A stretch of 36,876 nt of DNA from positions 1-36,876 of IMG/VR virus record IMGVR_UViG_3300043416_000189; one strand, written 5' to 3'. The notes under the pieces are model-generated. The model worked only from the letters and a program-made list of their open reading frames with translations, was not told where the DNA came from and did not search any database. The stretch comes from a virus (taxonomy: Duplodnaviria; Caudoviricetes). The position numbers and the translations under genes were made by a program. Below are positions 35,653 to 36,876 of the stretch, in pieces (position 1 is the stretch's first letter; every line of letters starts with the position of its first letter).

Positions 35653-35678
35653 TTGACATCGCTCCCTTGGCAGAAACA
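35653..35678 (+). promoter_or_regulatory. Late-gene motif TTGACA-N6-CC, 25 nt before ATG 35678
   Basis: TTGACATCGCTCCCTTGGC|AGAAACATG. Matches the 33367 copy at 18 of 20 nt and lies just after the terminator. Confidence 0.72.
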
Positions 35679-36876
35679 TGAACCAAAAAAATCGCCTTGT
35701 CGCGGGCTTGATATGCGGCAACGAAGCCGAGCGCATCGAGCGGTGCGTCCGATCCCTGCAAAAAATCTGCGATGATGTCGTCATCATTCGCGCAGTCGGA
35801 GCACTCGAACCCGACGCCACTCTTGACATTGCAAAGAGCCTCGGCTGTCACGTTGGCGAATATCGCAACTCGCCACTCTGCCGCCATTGGCCGCACCTCG
35901 ACGACTTCGCCGCCGCGCGGAATGTCGCATTTGAAAAAGCCTACGACCTGACCGGCGAAGGCGGCTGGGTCATGTGGGCAGACTGTGACGACGTGCTTCA
36001 GGACAACATGGTTGAGCCTACGCTGAAGGCGCTTCGCGACTGCCCAGCAGAGTGTGACTGGATTCTCAGCGATTACGTCATCCCTGAGCAGCACAAGCGC
36101 GCACCGCGAGAGCGATTCTTCCGCTACCGCACCGGCTACTGGTGGCGCGCTGTGCATGAGAACGTCCACCCGACAAAGACGATCAAGATTTACATGCGGC
36201 GCGACTTGGAAATCCATCACATGCCGCCGCTGGGACAGCGCAAGAGCAACGAGCGCAACCAACGCATCCTCGAATGGCAAGATCAATTCGCACCGCATTG
36301 GAAGTTTTATCTCCATTACGAAAAAATGATTACCGGACAGCGAGAGCTGTCCTTGCGCTACGGCGCGGAGGCCATCGCAATGAAGGATTTGGATCTTGTC
36401 CACAAATATGAAACGCTCATGAACATGAGCAACATGACGGACGGCGAATCCTCCCTTCGCTTTGCTCGGGCCGCGCGCTGGCTTGACCCCGCCCGCCGCG
36501 AAGCCGTCGCGCTGGAAGCATCCATTCTTCTCGACGAAGGAAAGCCGGTTGAATCACTCAAGCTTCTCGACGAAATGGAGAAAATCCCCGTCCCTTCCTT
36601 CACGCAGTGGACGCATAAGGCTGAGTACTACGGCGTCAAAGCCAAGCGACTCCGCGCTTGGGCGCTCAGGCTGGCAGGCCGAAAGGAAGAGGCATTCAAC
36701 CTTGAAATGCAGGTTCTCAATGACGCACCGCACCCGCGCATCTCACTGCTTCATGCTACGCGCGGGAGGCCGTTGCAAGCGGTTCAGAACATGAACCTAT
36801 GGCTCTCACGCGCGAACAAGCCCGAGCGCGTTGAGCACATCTTTGCGGTCGATTCAGACGACGCCACCGCAGCCGT
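35678..36876 (+). CDS. GT2 glycosyltransferase / TPR-like / GT2 protein (561 aa; continues through the junction to 614)
   Basis: Manual translation shows no stop: MNQKNRLVAGLICGNEAERIERCVRSL...DDFAAARN...WVMWADCDD...VHE...helical region...RISLLHATR. This part is absent from the ORF track. Confidence 0.88.
   Translation, partial: MNQKNRLVAGLICGNEAERIERCVRSLQKICDDVVIIRAVGALEPDATLDIAKSLGCHVGEYRNSPLCRHWPHLDDFAAARNVAFEKAYDLTGEGGWVMWADCDDVLQDNMVEPTLKALRDCPAECDWILSDYVIPEQHKRAPRERFFRYRTGYWWRAVHENVHPTKTIKIYMRRDLEIHHMPPLGQRKSNERNQRILEWQDQFAPHWKFYLHYEKMITGQRELSLRYGAEAIAMKDLDLVHKYETLMNMSNMTDGESSLRFARAARWLDPARREAVALEASILLDEGKPVESLKLLDEMEKIPVPSFTQWTHKAEYYGVKAKRLRAWALRLAGRKEEAFNLEMQVLNDAPHPRISLLHATRGRPLQAVQNMNLWLSRANKPERVEHIFAVDSDDATAA
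36750..36876. repeat. Terminal direct repeat, copy 2
   Basis: Identical to 1-127. Confidence 0.97.

Noticed and set aside
36750-36876. 127-bp terminal repeat as a biological DTR or attachment site
   Set aside because: It falls in the middle of an intact ORF and equals a common assembly k-mer length, so it is best explained as a circularisation overlap.
1-36876. Stop-codon reassignment
   Set aside because: Genes tile the genome densely under the standard code, and TAA, TGA and TAG are all used as stops.

Overview
The window is a complete, circularly permuted tailed dsDNA phage genome of 36,749 bp. The last 127 nt (36750-36876) repeat nt 1-127, most likely an assembler overlap. About 60 genes all lie on the + strand. 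They form a lambda-like head and non-contractile tail module (GpA-type terminase, portal, protease/scaffold, cement, major capsid, tail tube, frameshifted chaperone, tape measure), a lysis module (holins, lipoprotein, M15 peptidase) and a recombination/replication module (RuvC, AAA ATPase, Cas4-like nuclease, SSB, O-like initiator, DnaB). Accessory genes include ParB-N, a C5 methyltransferase and an ATP-dependent ligase. No integrase, repressor, polymerase, tRNA or CRISPR array was recognised. Shine-Dalgarno sites are largely absent and starts have A-rich leaders, which suggests a non-SD host such as PVC/Verrucomicrobia (inference). Two things stand out. (1) A motif TTGACR-N6-SC, with the S-C invariant in all 10 copies found by eye, starts 18-25 nt (usually 19) before late-gene start codons. 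That is too close for a sigma70 -35 box and suggests a non-canonical, mostly leaderless late promoter. (2) A three-gene cassette with four glycosyltransferase domains plus a methyltransferase sits between the major capsid and head-tail joining genes. Its first gene (561 aa) spans the contig junction and is only partly in the ORF track. All assignments come from motifs and synteny read by eye; no searches were run.
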